Shown here in pieces: positions 1 to 16,349 of a stretch of DNA of 64,000 nt (position 1 is the first letter of the stretch; each line of letters opens with the position of its first letter). Under the pieces are notes generated by a model. That model saw nothing but the letters and a program-made list of their open reading frames with translations. It was not told where the DNA came from and searched no databases. Location of the stretch: NCBI RefSeq assembly GCF_009914755.1, contig NC_060936.1; one strand, written 5' to 3'. Position numbers and translations under genes: made by a program. Origin of the DNA: the human T2T-CHM13v2.0 reference genome, Homo sapiens.

Positions 1-477
1 TTTAAAATGGAGATAATAACAGTTGTGACATTGGGTCACCCTGTGTTTCCTTCTTATATATTGTTTCATGTAATCTTCCTATATATTCCTCTTCTATATT
101 GTTTTATGTAATCCTCATAACAACCCTGTAAAGCATGGTTGTTATGAGGATTACATAAAACAATATATAAGAAGGAAAATACAAAATAATAAAGCATATA
201 AATGTTGGTCTTGATCTTTATAGACTTAGCTGAAAACAAACTAAGACAATACCACATAAAAGCTTTACACCAAAGATAAGCCAAGAAAAATATTATTACA
301 AGGGGACATCTTAGGTGTTAAGGGGATATCTGTGAAAAGTTTCCAAGAGATAGGATATGCTGACGGATAAGATTTAAGATTTCCCAGGCTTATAAACACG
401 CAAACTGGAGAATCACTTAGGTGCACCCCATGTTTAACCTATGAATCCAAAGAACTCTAAACAATGTCCTTCTTTAC

Positions 478-615
478 CTTGTCGTGGTTCTCCTGCTTGC
501 TATAGATGGCTGACAAGAGGCGATAGCATTCAAGGCATCCGGTCTCCTCTGACACAATGTGATTGGTCATCTTTTCAGCTTCTTTTGTCTGACCCATCAC
601 GGCCAAAACCTGAGC
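478..615 (-). CDS. TMTC1: TMTC1 coding exon (probably exon 15), 138 nt, phase 0-0
   Basis: Acceptor ttttgtag (AG at 617-616), donor AAG|gtaaag; translates AQVLAVMGQTKEAEKMTNHIVSEETGCLECYRLLSAIYSKQENHDK, in frame with the preceding exon. Confidence 0.96.
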
Positions 616-1019
616 CTACAAAACCACATGGACCTTGGCTTAGCAGAGACTTCATTACCTTATCAAATAAAGCATCCCTGAATAGAAGCATTCAGAACGC
701 ACTCCTGACAAACATGCTCAGCATCAATTTAGTGACTCATAGAGAAGGCTGAATCACCAGTTTTCAGGTTTTGACTTTTTGCTGTTTGTTTCTTTATTTA
801 GTTTTGTGCATGCATTTGTGAGTGAGTGGCAGAAACACTAAATATATCCAGTGAAATGGCTTGTGGCTTTTAAAAAAGGTTGACCAAATAAGTCAGAAGA
901 GAAAGAATTTCCTCTGATTTCATCAGAACAGTGTGTTTACAGCAAGATAACAAATTTGATTTATTGCACATCTAAGGAAAAGGATGAGTGAAGTTCCAAA
1001 CACTGAAATAAAAATTTTG

Positions 1020-1380
1020 TTGGTATGAATGTTAATTTTCCTGAGTCTAATAAATACACTGTGGTTATGTTAGAGAATGTCCTTCTTAGAAACTATTTGC
1101 AAAGGTATTTAGAGATAAAGGGGAATGATATATACAACTAATTCCCACATGGTTCAGGAAAAAAATAACACACACTAATAATAGGTATATACAAACATAC
1201 ATATCTAAATATGCACACATATACATGTAGGTACATATACATCTACATATGCATACACAATGGAGTGATAAATGAATCAAAATGTTACAAATCATTGGAG
1301 CTGGATGAAAGGGTATATGTAAATTTTTTACTATTCTTGCAACACTTTCATAAGTTTGAAGTTATTTCAAAACAAAAATG
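1020..1380 (+). mobile_element. Old L1M (L1MC/ME-like) 3' end fragment
   Basis: Typical 3' UTR motif ...tactattcttgcaacactttcataagtttgaagttatttcaaaacaaaa. Confidence 0.55.
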
Positions 1381-1555
1381 CAGTATTTTTGGTGTCCATG
1401 TCTTTAGAGAATGGCTCTAACATTAGCTGTATGAATATTCATACAGTGGATATATTACGGCATTCCAGCTCCAGTTTTGAGGCGTGAGGACTACAGCTCT
1501 CTCTATGGCTGCCTGTGCTTAGGTTGCCAGCTTCATTTTCTTTCATCCTACTCAC

Positions 1556-1700
1556 CAGTGCCAAGCGGAGCTCCCTCTGAGAAGGCTGAAGTGCTGCAGC
1601 TTCCTGGTAAATCTGCAAAGCCTCTTCGTATCGGCCAGTGTTGTAATACAGTGCTCCCAAAGGTGACAATATCTCAGCTTTGTGTGCCACCTGCAGGGCG
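1556..1700 (-). CDS. TMTC1: TMTC1 coding exon (probably exon 14), 145 nt
   Basis: Acceptor aaactcag, donor CTG|gtgagt; (R)ALQVAHKAEILSPLGALYYNTGRYEEALQIYQEAAALQPSQRELRLAL, a TPR motif; overlaps ORF 1439..1690. Confidence 0.96.
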
Positions 1701-1845
1701 CTGAGTTTGGAGAAAATCTAAATGACATTTCTCTTCTAATAGGTACATTTCCAAATGTCTAGGCTTAGATTTAGGGAAGACGGTCCATGGTTTGAACCTC
1801 TGCTCCAATACGGTCTTTGTTTTTATATCAATAACAAGGTTTTTG

Positions 1846-2143
1846 GCTTTTTCTTTTTTTTTGAGACAGAGTCTCACTCTGTCACCCAGGCTGGAGTGCA
1901 GTGGCACAATCTTGGCTCATGCAACCTCCACCTCCCAGGTTCAAGTGATTCTCCTGCCTCAGCCTCCGGAGTAGCAGGGATTACAGGTGCCCGCCATCAT
2001 GCCCGGCTAATTTTTGTACTTTTAGTAGAGACGAGGTTTCACCATGTTGGCCAAGTTGGTCTTGAACATCTGACCTCAGGTGATTCGACCATCTTGGCCT
2101 CCCAAAGTGCTGGGATTACAGGCATGAGCCACCGCACCTGGCC
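1846..2143 (-). mobile_element. AluS, full length
   Basis: Reverse Alu dimer with T tail; TSD-like aa(t/g)aacaaggttttt at 1830-1844 and 2144-2158. Confidence 0.95.
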
Positions 2144-2600
2144 AAGAACAAGGTTTTTACAAAATGATCATGATGCCATAGTTGGAACGTAAGAATGTCT
2201 TATTGACCTATCAATATGGAAACTGAGCCCCAAGGGTCTTTCTCATTAATTATGATGAATTTGTTCTCATGTGTGCATAGTTTTTCATGTATCCTCATTT
2301 TTTAAATTGCTGTTTATGATTGGGGTTGCAATCCATGGCTTCAGAAAACAACAAACTGACTAAAGTGGGAATTAAATTTCAACCTTGGTTCAGCACTATA
2401 GTCTAACCAGCAAGCCAAAGTCATGAATTATGATCCCATTTATATTGTGGTTGCTTTCTTTGGAGATAAAAATTTGTATCACCTGAATTGGCAAAATTTG
2501 CTAGTATTCTGAGAGCACACCTATTCTGATTAACTAAGAAGCTGATGAGTGATTGCTGAGGTTCCTGGGCAACTTATAAAGAAAAGAAAGGGAACTTTAC

Positions 2601-2736
2601 CGCTTGTACCATTCTTCAGCCATGCTGTTCTCTCCCAGTGACCTGTAGAGTCTTCCCAAGTTCACCATGGCCACGTGATGACTGGGGCTAAGTTTGATGG
2701 CCTGCTGGTAATGGGCCACTGCCTTTTCTGGTAAGC
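2601..2736 (-). CDS. TMTC1: TMTC1 coding exon (probably exon 13), 136 nt
   Basis: Acceptor gttacag, donor GCG|gtaaag; (G)LPEKAVAHYQQAIKLSPSHHVAMVNLGRLYRSLGENSMAEEWYK(R); phases match both neighbours. Confidence 0.96.
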
Positions 2737-3902
2737 CTGTAACCAGTGACAGGTTGGTAAGAGCAGAACATGCCTTTTTATAAAAGACATGAACATTTCA
2801 CTTTCTCTTCTGACTTATAATTCTTTCTCATTATTACAGAGTTATACCAAAATTATTCAATATGCAAATTAGCTTGCATTTCAGCTTCTCATCCTGGCCA
2901 TTGCCTAACTTTGAACAATTTCACTGTTCATTCATACTTCCAAAAAAATTAACAAAAAAGCAGTAAAAACTAAAACCTATTGTTTTAATTATATATATTA
3001 TTTTAGTCGAAATTTTTCTGGTCATCGCTCTTGCTAATAGGATGCCTTCAGATTATTAGTGATTGTTATTTATCCAAGATATAACTGGCTCTCATTATAT
3101 AAAAAATAGAACAGGCTACTGTAGAAATAAAACTGTCCAGAAGCAATTTCTAAGGGTCTGTCTCAATGAACTATACTTCAACATAGCAATTGAAGCATTA
3201 CTTTAAATAACACATATCAGCTCTATAGTGAAAATCTCTTTTAAAATCATGCACTTTCATTTGAATGGCACTTAATTAATAAGACTTACAACATAATAAT
3301 GCCACCATGCACTTGTCCAATGCATTATATATTTTTAAATACTTACATTTGTATGGTTTTTGCAGGTATTTTTTTATACAATTTAGCTGCCTTTTGATAC
3401 TGTTTAGCTGTTTATCAGGATTTAAGAGATATTTAAAAAACCACACACAAAAATTTTCCACTTTACAGATATAGACACTAAAGTGCAAAGATATTCAACA
3501 GACTTGATAAAGATCCCAAGGCAAGTGAGAGTAAGGCCAGAAGCAGAATGAAGGCCCTCTACTCTGATAGGTTTCTTCAAAGTAGCTTCCTGGTGAAACT
3601 ATATTCAGTAACTACACTTTAGAACACTGTGAAATTCTAAATAGAATGGAATGTCTATTATCTACACAGAAATCTTTTCAAGCGTATCTGTTTGAATACA
3701 AGTTTGACTAGGAGGTCCCTAGGAGCCTCTGTCTCTGGAGGCAGAGGCTCAATGTCATAGGGTGGTCACAGAGTTATCATTTTTAGGGGTGTGGTGGGGT
3801 GGGACTGTTGTTGAAGTAAAAGGAGGAGGGTTAGACCTGCCCAACTAGAGGTTTCTTCTAGTTTTTATATTTTTAAGACAGTTTATTATTATGTGGCCAA
3901 TG

Positions 3903-3920
3903 AACCAGCAGGTGGCACTA
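3903..3920 (+). promoter_or_regulatory. Candidate CTCF binding motif
   Basis: aaCCAGCAGGTGGCACta closely matches the CTCF core CCASYAGRKGGCRC. Confidence 0.55.
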
Positions 3921-4746
3921 CACAACAATTTTACACAGGCAAAAATAAGGTAAGTTTCTTAGATGTATCAGAATGTAAATTTTATATTCTGTAAAACAAG
4001 AGAGCTCCAAATATCCTTGAAAATAAAACCCCTTTAAGCATTTCATATTGAAAAACTAATTAAACTAAATTTTGCTGCAGGGCAGCTAGTCTAGTAATCA
4101 ACAAGAACAAAGTGGTGCTTTGGCCTTACATTTAAATATAATTTCATTACTTACATTGCATGCCAACAGTACAGAGGCACTACATAAGTCATAAAGAAAA
4201 GAGAATTCATGCCCAGTAATGTTTTGCATTAAGTAAGATAAAGTAAGTGTATTTTATATAGCACCTGTCATATAAGAGCATTGTATCAATTTTAATAATG
4301 CAGTTTCTAATGTACATCAAGGAAGGAATGATGGAACAATTCTGGAGGCTTTTAAAAAATATGTTATAGAAAAGTATTTACCATCTGCCAGTAACTGCTT
4401 TCAGAGGCAGGTTTTGCATCATTGTAGAGAAACATTTCATCATCATGGATTTATAAATATATATAAATAATATTCAAAGAAGATTGGGACTTATTAAATC
4501 ATAAGGCTACTTCCTGTCCCCTGGGGAGTTTTCCATAGAGAAATGAGTATGAGAATGGCCAGATTTTACTGAATCGAGCTTGAAGATCTAGAGAAATGAC
4601 AGCCCCGAGGTATAATGACTGTCAATAGTGTGAGCTTCCTGCCAAGCCCAGTGAATTTTACTTCTGAGGATTATTTGCCTTCCATTTTGCTTGATAAATT
4701 GTATTAGCTAATCTCAGCAGTACAGTTTCTCTTTAATTTCACTTAC

Positions 4747-4849
4747 CAGTATCAACTAAGAAAACCCCATAGTTGTTGTGTAAATCTGAGCTGTCTGGAC
4801 AGTTCTTTATTCCAGTTTGGTATATTTCTTCAGCTTCTTTAAACCGCTC
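4747..4849 (-). CDS. TMTC1: TMTC1 coding exon (probably exon 12), 103 nt
   Basis: Acceptor tctttttaaag, donor CTG|gtaagt; ERFKEAEEIYQTGIKNCPDSSDLHNNYGVFLVDT(G). Confidence 0.96.
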
Positions 4850-5680
4850 CTTTAAAAAGAAAGAAACAAACAAAATAAGTGAGAAAGCTTTCTAAAACCA
4901 ACAATAACTGAATATTAGGAGCAGGAAAAGCAAAAAAAAAATAAATCTTACTAAGCACCTAATATACAACAGGCTACTGAGATAAGGCACTATGAACTTT
5001 GTTTGAATTAAAGGCAATATTAACTGTGTACAAAATACCCAAAATCCATATCTGTATTTAGTTCCCTTAGGGCGAAAAAGATGATGTTTTCTCAAATGGG
5101 ACCTTTGGAAGGATATGGACCTGTACAACATGCACGCCTACCGGGGAAAAAGGACTGAAAATAGTTGTTCGAATAGGATGCCCTTCACCCCGGTGACTCT
5201 CCATACGAAAACGGGTGATGCAAAAATGGTGGAATGTTTTCAGAGGTGGCAATGTGGTTGGGAGGCAGGGCAGTCTGGGGAATTTGTTTTCTAGCTGCAT
5301 TTGGATAGATGACTCTCTTTTTATCTATATACTGTACTGCTTGTTTTGGGAAGTTTTTGAGGGAAGTAGAGAGGGGAGGCAGATGCAGATGTTGGGGAGG
5401 GCTCTGCCCTATCCTTTCATTACTTGAAGTATGTCTACAGCCCACCAGACTGGTGGCTACTTCCCATACTCAGTCCATGCTTTCCACCTCTGAGCTGTTC
5501 CCTCCAACAGGTTTATATGTCCCCTCAAGGGTGTACCTCCAACCTGTGTGGCAAGGTTCAGGTCGATCACCACATCTCTCATTCTAGGGCTCCAATTCTA
5601 ATTGCCCTTGTGTTCTCTTTGTCTAAAGATTCACTTTAGCAAACTTTAGTAATTCTGAGTTACTTTTTAGGTACATTTTT

Positions 5681-5998
5681 CTTTTTCTTTCTTTCTTTTT
5701 TTTTTTTTTTTTTTGAGACAGAGAGTCTCACTTTGTCGCCTTGGCTGGAGTGCAATGGGGCGATCTCGGCTCACTGCAACTCCTGCCTCCTGGGCTCCAG
5801 TGATCCTCCCACCTCAGCTCCCTGAGTAGCTGGGATTACAGGCATGTGCCACCATGCCCAGCTAATTTTTGTATTTTTAGTAGAGATGGGGTTTCCCCAT
5901 GTTGGCCAGGCTGGTCTCAAACTCCTGGCCTCAAGTGATCCGCCCGTCTTGGCCTACCAAAGTGCTGGGATTACAGGCATGAACCACTGCACTTGGCC
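5681..5998 (-). mobile_element. AluJ-like, full length
   Basis: Reverse Alu with J-type gatcctcccacctcagc; degenerate TSD ctttt(t)agg(t/c)a(c/t)atttttc. Confidence 0.92.
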
Positions 5999-6683
5999 CT
6001 TTTAGGCATATTTTTCACAACCATTAGAGACTGTTATGTCACACTTACTTTTACTATACAGAAGGTGAAATTAATTAATCAAAGCTTCCCAGATACTAAG
6101 ACTTATTTACCCACAAGTTAACAATGTCATCTTTTCCTAGTACAGCTGCGATGGTCATGTAAAATAAGATGATTTGGCACAAAGCACATGCCAGCTTTAA
6201 AAAATACATATATGCCCTGAGTATGGACATTTTCCAAAACCTTATCTCAAGTTACTCCTACCAAGCATTCAACCAGACACATGACAAAGGAATGTAGAGC
6301 AACAATTTCCTGAGACGTGGCACCTTAAGCTTGTGATTATGTGTTTAGATATTTACATTGAGGGCTGAACAATAAGCCAAGAAGCCCAAATCTGATTTGA
6401 CCCAGAAAGGGACATATACTTTACACTCTGTAGAATGACCAATGCCATCTATTTGAGTTCCTACATTTAAGTAACATTAGGGAACAAGGTGTGGTTTGTC
6501 AAACTTCATCCACACTCCAGCAAAAATAAGGATCCATGTCTCTAAATATATGTTTTTTAATTGCCAAACTCAACAAATTATCAAATTCAAAAAATTTAAA
6601 GACGAATTAAAGTCTCAAAATATTTCCTTTCAATCTATTGAAGAGAAGCTTTCTGAAGCTCTCGTCCATTGAAGGACTGACAA

Positions 6684-6707
6684 TGTGTGTGTGTGTGTGT
6701 GTGTGTA
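6684..6707. repeat. (TG)n microsatellite
   Basis: About 11 TG units. Confidence 0.9.
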
Positions 6708-6829
6708 TGTAATGAAGACAGGCAGAACAGAAATTATATAACAACCTGAGAAAATTAACATCTAGAGAGTACCATAGGGTGTATATTCATGTATCCATTC
6801 ATTCCACATGCATTTACTGCAATGGCTAT

Positions 6830-7060
6830 AGAAGTATGACATAGTGGTTAAGAACGAGGCTCCCAAGATTTGACTGCATGGATTCAAATCCAAGCCCCAC
6901 CATCTACTGTCTGTGTGACCTTTCTTACCCACCATGTGCCCCAACTGTAAATCAGGGACAACAATCATACTTATCTTATAGGGTTGTTTTGAGGATTAAA
7001 TCTATTAAAACATTTGAAACACTTAGAACAATGCTCAGCACATGGTCAGCACGTTGGTTT
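6830..7060 (+). mobile_element. MIR SINE
   Basis: atagtggttaagaac...ttcaaatcc...ctgtaaatcagggacaacaatcatacttatcttatagggttgttttgaggattaaa. Confidence 0.8.
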
Positions 7061-7300
7061 ATCATGCTGGTCTTTATCCTTACTTATCCAAAATCTCATA
7101 GCTACATGGGGACAGAGAATAGAAGCTAGGTTTTCAGTGGGCCAATGGGGAATTGGGGAGCCCTGAATAAAAGCAGTATTTTTGGAAATAAACAAACATG
7201 ACTGGCATAAACAGTTACACTTTTGGGTATTTGTCCATCTGTTCATCCATCCAACCTGTCCCTCCCTCCCTTTCCTTGACAAATATTTCACGAACACCAT

Positions 7301-7694
7301 TGTTAAAAGAAAAACTTTAGACAAATTAAATGTAACAAAGTTTATTTGAGCAAGAAAGAGTTCACAGATTGGGCAACCCCCTGAACCAGAACAGGTTCAA
7401 GGAGACTTTGCCACTGCCATGTGGTCAGGGAGGATTTACAGACAGAAAAAGGAAAGCGACTTACAGAAAACAGAAGTGAGGTACAGAAATGGCTGAATTG
7501 GTTACAGCTCAGTGTTTGTCTCACTTGAACATAGTTTGAACAGCTGGCTGTCTTGATTGGCTGATTGGTAGGAGAGAAATAGGCACAAGGTGGTCTGTTT
7601 ATGCATCCAGTTAGGTTACAGTTTACTAGGTACAGAGAAACTTTTAGGGCAAGCTTAAAATATGTAAGGAGGCAGTTTTAGGCTACATTTAACA
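7301..7694 (-). mobile_element. ERV1 3' LTR (MER57-like)
   Basis: TG...CA termini; minus-strand start tgttaaatgtagcctaaaactgcctccttacatattttaag; AATAAA at 7346-7341; tandem CCAAT boxes near 7555-7568; polypurine tract gaggggagca just inside at about 7696-7705. Confidence 0.85.
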
Positions 7695-11424
<3,730 letters not shown>

Positions 11425-11600
11425 CCATGCATGTGCCATGCATGTATACAGTGAAACAGAACAGTGAGTGAGAGACACAATCCCTACCTTCACCACTGAG
11501 TGGAATTCAGACAAGAAGGAGGCAATAATGTAGCTGTGGGAGGAGAAGCACAAGGTATGTGGGGGGCAGCCAAGAGTGGCATCCACACCTGGGGATAGAT
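11425..11600 (-). mobile_element. L2 fragment continuing the L2 piece at about 7230-7300
   Basis: aaatatttcacgaacaccat + gcatgtgccatgc... reconstructs the reverse L2 3' end (aaatatttattgagcacctactatgtgccaggc). Confidence 0.7.
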
Positions 11601-12818
11601 ACTGTACACCTGTCATGATCCAAATGCCCAAGGGCATTGGTCACTATTTACTTCAGTGGCTGTGTAACACAGATGTGCTTGAAAACTATCTGTGGCTACG
11701 TGAGATCTGAAAAACATCTTTATAACCAAGCTAGTTAAGTTAGAAGGTGTTTTTCCTGAAAGGAACACAATTGATGTCCTCACAGTCTCAGCTTCTGAAG
11801 TCAATTACACCACTATTAACCACAGTTTTTAAGAGCAATTACTGCTTTACTGGATCTAATATTACTTTTTTTCCCACTTTCTTGCTCCTCCAAAATAGGC
11901 AAAGAGATTATCTTTTTCATCTAAATCTTCTCTTTTATTTTTGCATCCATTAGCTGAGCTGATTTTCCACTAGAAATGATATTTTCAAAATCCAAAGAAA
12001 TAGTGAGATCTAAAGACTGAGTGTGTCAAGGGCAATGAATCACAGCCCTACACCTTCAGTAACCCCAATGGCAGTTTCAAGGCTCTATGAAAAGGTCTTT
12101 AAGATCTGTCTTTCTATTCATTTCACTTGATTGTCAATTTCATGGAATGATCAACTCTACTCATAAACAAAAAACAAAACACTTCTCCAGGAAGAAAATA
12201 CTGTATGGGTGTTTAAAGTAAATTCCGCCTTCTCTGGAAGGGTAATGCATTTATCTTAAATAACACTATTATTTAATCTCTGAAGCTCAATTTCGAGCAC
12301 TCATTTTCATTTAATTCAACTGGCTACAAGTCCTGACCTAAGCCTGATCATTTCTAGTCTCTACTGACTTGTAAGTTCCAGAGGAAATGAATGTAAGCTA
12401 TTTATAGGACAACTTTAATTAAAAATATTTGTGACCCAGGGAATGGTTGTGACATATTAATACCGTCTGCTGTACACCAGAGTCCCCAGCCATCCTGCGA
12501 AATTGGCCTTCGAGGGCAGCAGTTAAAAATGGGCAGCATGCAGCCATGGGCTCCTCTCCAAGACTTAAAGCATTTTCAGTGGTGTGGAAATAAAATGGGC
12601 CTTGGAAGAGAGATAAAACACAGTCAACATCCCCACTTTTTATATGCTATAATTACCCAATATAGCACACTTTTTACCTCAAGGAAGGAAAAGTGAAAAA
12701 TAGATGTCCTGAAAAAGGACCCTTGACTGTAATTTACTGTCTTGAGCCAAATCGTGTGTTTGGAAAACTTTATAGTTCAGGTTCCAATAACTCAAATGAC
12801 AAATGGACATTGGCTTAA

Positions 12819-13385
12819 TGCAGAAATTCTCAACCTTCTTAATTTTAGAATGCCTTTGAACTCTAAAAGTTACTGAGAATTCCAAAGAACTTTCCATTTA
12901 TGTGGACTATATATATCAATATTTACTACATTGGAAAAGAAGCTGAGAAACTTTAAAAATATGTGCTAGTTTACTTAATCATAAACTTAAACATAAATAA
13001 TATATTTATATAAAAATAATTATTTTCAAAGCAAAAAAAATAGCGAGAATAGTGGCATTAGTTTATATTTTTGTAAATCTCTTTAATGTCTGACTTCAGA
13101 CAGCTGGATTCTCATACCTGCTTCTGTCGGTTCAATCTGTTTTATGTACATATATTTGGTTGGAATATATAAAGAAAATCTGGCCTCACACGCACATTTA
13201 GTCGGCAAAGGAGACAGTATTTTAATAGCATTTTCATAACTGTGGATATATCATGTGGCTGCTAGAAAACTACTGTATACTGATGAGATAATGACAGGGA
13301 AAAGGCAAATTACTTCTTAGTACTATTAGGAAAGTGCATAAACCTTCATGGACCCTGGGGGTCTCCAGTCAACAATTAGCAAACA
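12819..13385. mobile_element. hAT-Charlie1-like DNA transposon relic
   Basis: gagaatagtggcattagtttatatttttgtaaatctctttaatgtctg...cagctggattctcatacctgcttctg, characteristic of Charlie1. Confidence 0.7.
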
Positions 13386-14244
13386 GATTAACAGATGGCC
13401 TGTAACAATGTGTACCTACTGTATAGAGGTGTAGAGTGTGGTATTCCAAAGCAGTAAAGGGCCAATAGAAAAAAAAATGTTTCCAGTGCCCTGACATCGG
13501 GGTCACTATGTGTCTGAGCTGATTTTCTAGAAGTGCTTTCACTCTAATCAATAATTTAAAGCCACAGAGTCTTAAAGTATATTCCTATTAGCCAAATGGC
13601 TTTATTAGTAAATAGTAATACATTGTAATATTGTAATAGTAATTACAAAAGTAATATTGAAATAGTAATTACAAACCTGGGAAATTAAGGACTAACAGAT
13701 CTTTAAACTCATGTCAACGACTTCTCCAAGAAACTATTCAAGACACAGCAGCCCAAAAGATAAAGACACCTGTTTTCTCACCCTCTTCTTTGCTTTTGTT
13801 TTCTTTACGAGACAGTTCCTCCACCCATATGTCATCAGTATGAGCATTTATGAGAAACATGCTATCAATATTTGATGTCTAATTCTCTTTCATATCCAAC
13901 TAAAATGAATCAATTAATCTGGCATTCTTCCCCACCAAGGAAATACAAGGTGTTTCCTAATCCTAGATTTTCTCATCTACCAGCAGAATGTGATCAACAC
14001 TACTCTGACAATTTACACAAACAAGAAGTGACCACTTTAAAGATGGAATGCCAAGAACAATACAATAAATGCTAAAGAGAAAGAGTGACAAAAGTGAGCA
14101 ACTACAGATAATGCAGTCATGGAACCAGAAAAAGAGGTGAAAACCACATTTGCATATAATTGCAGCTTCCTGATACTTTAGACTTTTCTCATGCCATTTT
14201 GCCTTCATTCTCTATACTTCCAGGTACATGACTTTCTTTCTACT

Positions 14245-14919
14245 TGAGAAATAGAAATAAAATCCTAAGTCCCCAATCTGACTCAACACACCCCTTCCTG
14301 GCCAAGGAGACCCCAGGGAAACCTTAAAAACTCAATTCCCAGCTATGACCAGAGAGGTAAGGTCACTCAATCATTATACCCACTCCTTTGCCACCATTAG
14401 ACTCTCTTTCCTAAGAGTTGAACAGAAACTAGCACTTTTGAAAGACTTGCTCCACTGCTGATTTCAACCAACCACCTCATTCTGCAGCAGAGCTCCCTTC
14501 CCCTTTTATGGTCTCAACGCAACTGACCAGCATTTCTTCCTGGAAAGAAACCATGGACTGTGGACTGCTTCTAGCTGGTCCATGGAGACTGTGCATAGGG
14601 TGCCTCTGCATTTAAACGTTGTGTCTCCACCTCAAAGTGCACATGGGATGTATGTAACATGCATGTTTGCTTACTACGCATGTGCAACCCCTTCATAAAT
14701 ATTCACAGTTCCTCCTCTAATCTGTTGAACATGTATACTTAGGCAACCCGTTCAGCATAAATTCCTGTCTTGCCCTTCCTCCTTCAAAGCACCTGCTTTT
14801 GCTTTCTGCGGGAGGCTATGCTTCCCAGCCTGCAAGTGGCCAGCCTGCAGGCTACAACCCATTATAAGAAGTAAAGCTCTCCTTTCCAAATTTGTAGATC
14901 TCATGATTTTAAGTTGACA
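14245..14919 (+). mobile_element. Solo ERV1 LTR (MER50-like)
   Basis: TGAGAAATAGAAATAAAATCCTAAG...GTTGACA termini; near-TSD tact/tatt. Confidence 0.8.
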
Positions 14920-16349
14920 TATTAGAAGTAAGCTCAATACATATTAGAAGTAAGCTCACCTCAGAGCCCTTAGAGGGTCTATTCCTTCTGACTAGAAAGC
15001 TTTTCCTTTCACTTTTACCCAGTTTATATCTATCGGTCCTTTAGATATCAGATTAAAGGTAACCCTTTGGCAACCATCCCCACTACCCATATATTCCTCT
15101 CCCACATTAGGTTAGGTCCCCTTAACATGTTCACTGGTGCTTTCCCTTTGCACAGTTGTTACGCTTGTGTTAGACATTGGGGAGGGAGCTATAAATCTTT
15201 GCCTAGGGGTAGCCTTCCCTTCTATACTACACTCCATGAGGGTAACCACATACATAACTTGCTGCTTCAACACTCTGGCGCTTGGTGGCATCTAGATGCT
15301 CAATAAATATGTGCTCAGTAATTAAATCAATAAATTCTTAAGTTAGGGTCTTCGTCCAAGTTGACTTAGCCCCACACAGTGTGGCTGAATGTACCTCAAA
15401 TATAGCATTTGTAGGAGAGAACCTACCTGACCCAGGACTTTTTATTTGACCCAGAGTTCCAATTTATGTTTTATTGTTCCAATTTTCTTTTTGCTCTTGC
15501 ATTGGGTAAAGTCATATTTCAAAGTACATGAAGGAAAAATATTTTATTTTAAGTGTTATCATTTTAATTAATTGTTTTTCAATAGGCTATCAACGTGGGG
15601 CTAGTAATAATTTACAGTGGCCAGAGTCATAAACAATGTTAATTTTATTTCCTTTACTGCTACTGCAATGCAAAGCTATATAATCCATGCAAGAGTAGGA
15701 TGGTTAAAAATGATTGTGGGCTTATAAATATTTACTACCCTATCTGTGAAGCTGGAGTCCAGCCAGTTCTGAATGCTGATGGAGAACAAAGAGTATAGCA
15801 AGTCAGAGACCACCCTGACTTCAAAGCTAAGAGTTTATCTTCTGTTCTCAGTTTTCTTGACTTCTTTGATGCAGTAGACACAGAGTGGTATCAACTTTCT
15901 TCTGGACATTTTTATGTGCCTAGCTTCTATGACAACTCATCCTTCTGGGTTTCTTTTATCTCTTCTTCCTTTCCACTCCATTCCATGCCTAACCTCATTA
16001 ACTATGGCCCATGATCACAGTCTATTCATGGGGTCCCAGTGTCATCTAATGCAAGAGTGGCAGGTGAGGAGCTTGGAGACCAGGTTTTAGTCAAGGTCCT
16101 GCTGCAAGTTAGTGAATCACCATGAGCGGCCACTTAATTCTGTGTACCATATATTTTTATGTAAAATGAGAAGGTTAAAAAAATTCTTCAGGGCTTTTTC
16201 CTACACTATTCTTCATTTTCTCCTCGAGGAAATTATCTGCTTATAATATGATTTCATTTTTTTAAAGTCCTAGGTCTATTTTTCTAGCCCTGATCTCTTT
16301 CTCTGTCATTGGTCCATATGCCATTTTCATTGAAATGTTCCACTAACAT

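Noticed and set aside
441-752. 103-aa plus-strand ORF
   Set aside because: Antisense shadow of a TMTC1 coding exon
1755-2192. 145-aa ORF and similar ORFs at 9224, 24899, 25721, 41502, 49625 and 54598
   Set aside because: These are translations of Alu sequence ([17 protein letters not shown]), not genes
5070-5230. Slight CpG enrichment upstream of exon 12
   Set aside because: Too short and AT-rich for a CpG island; origin unclear, possibly an old repeat
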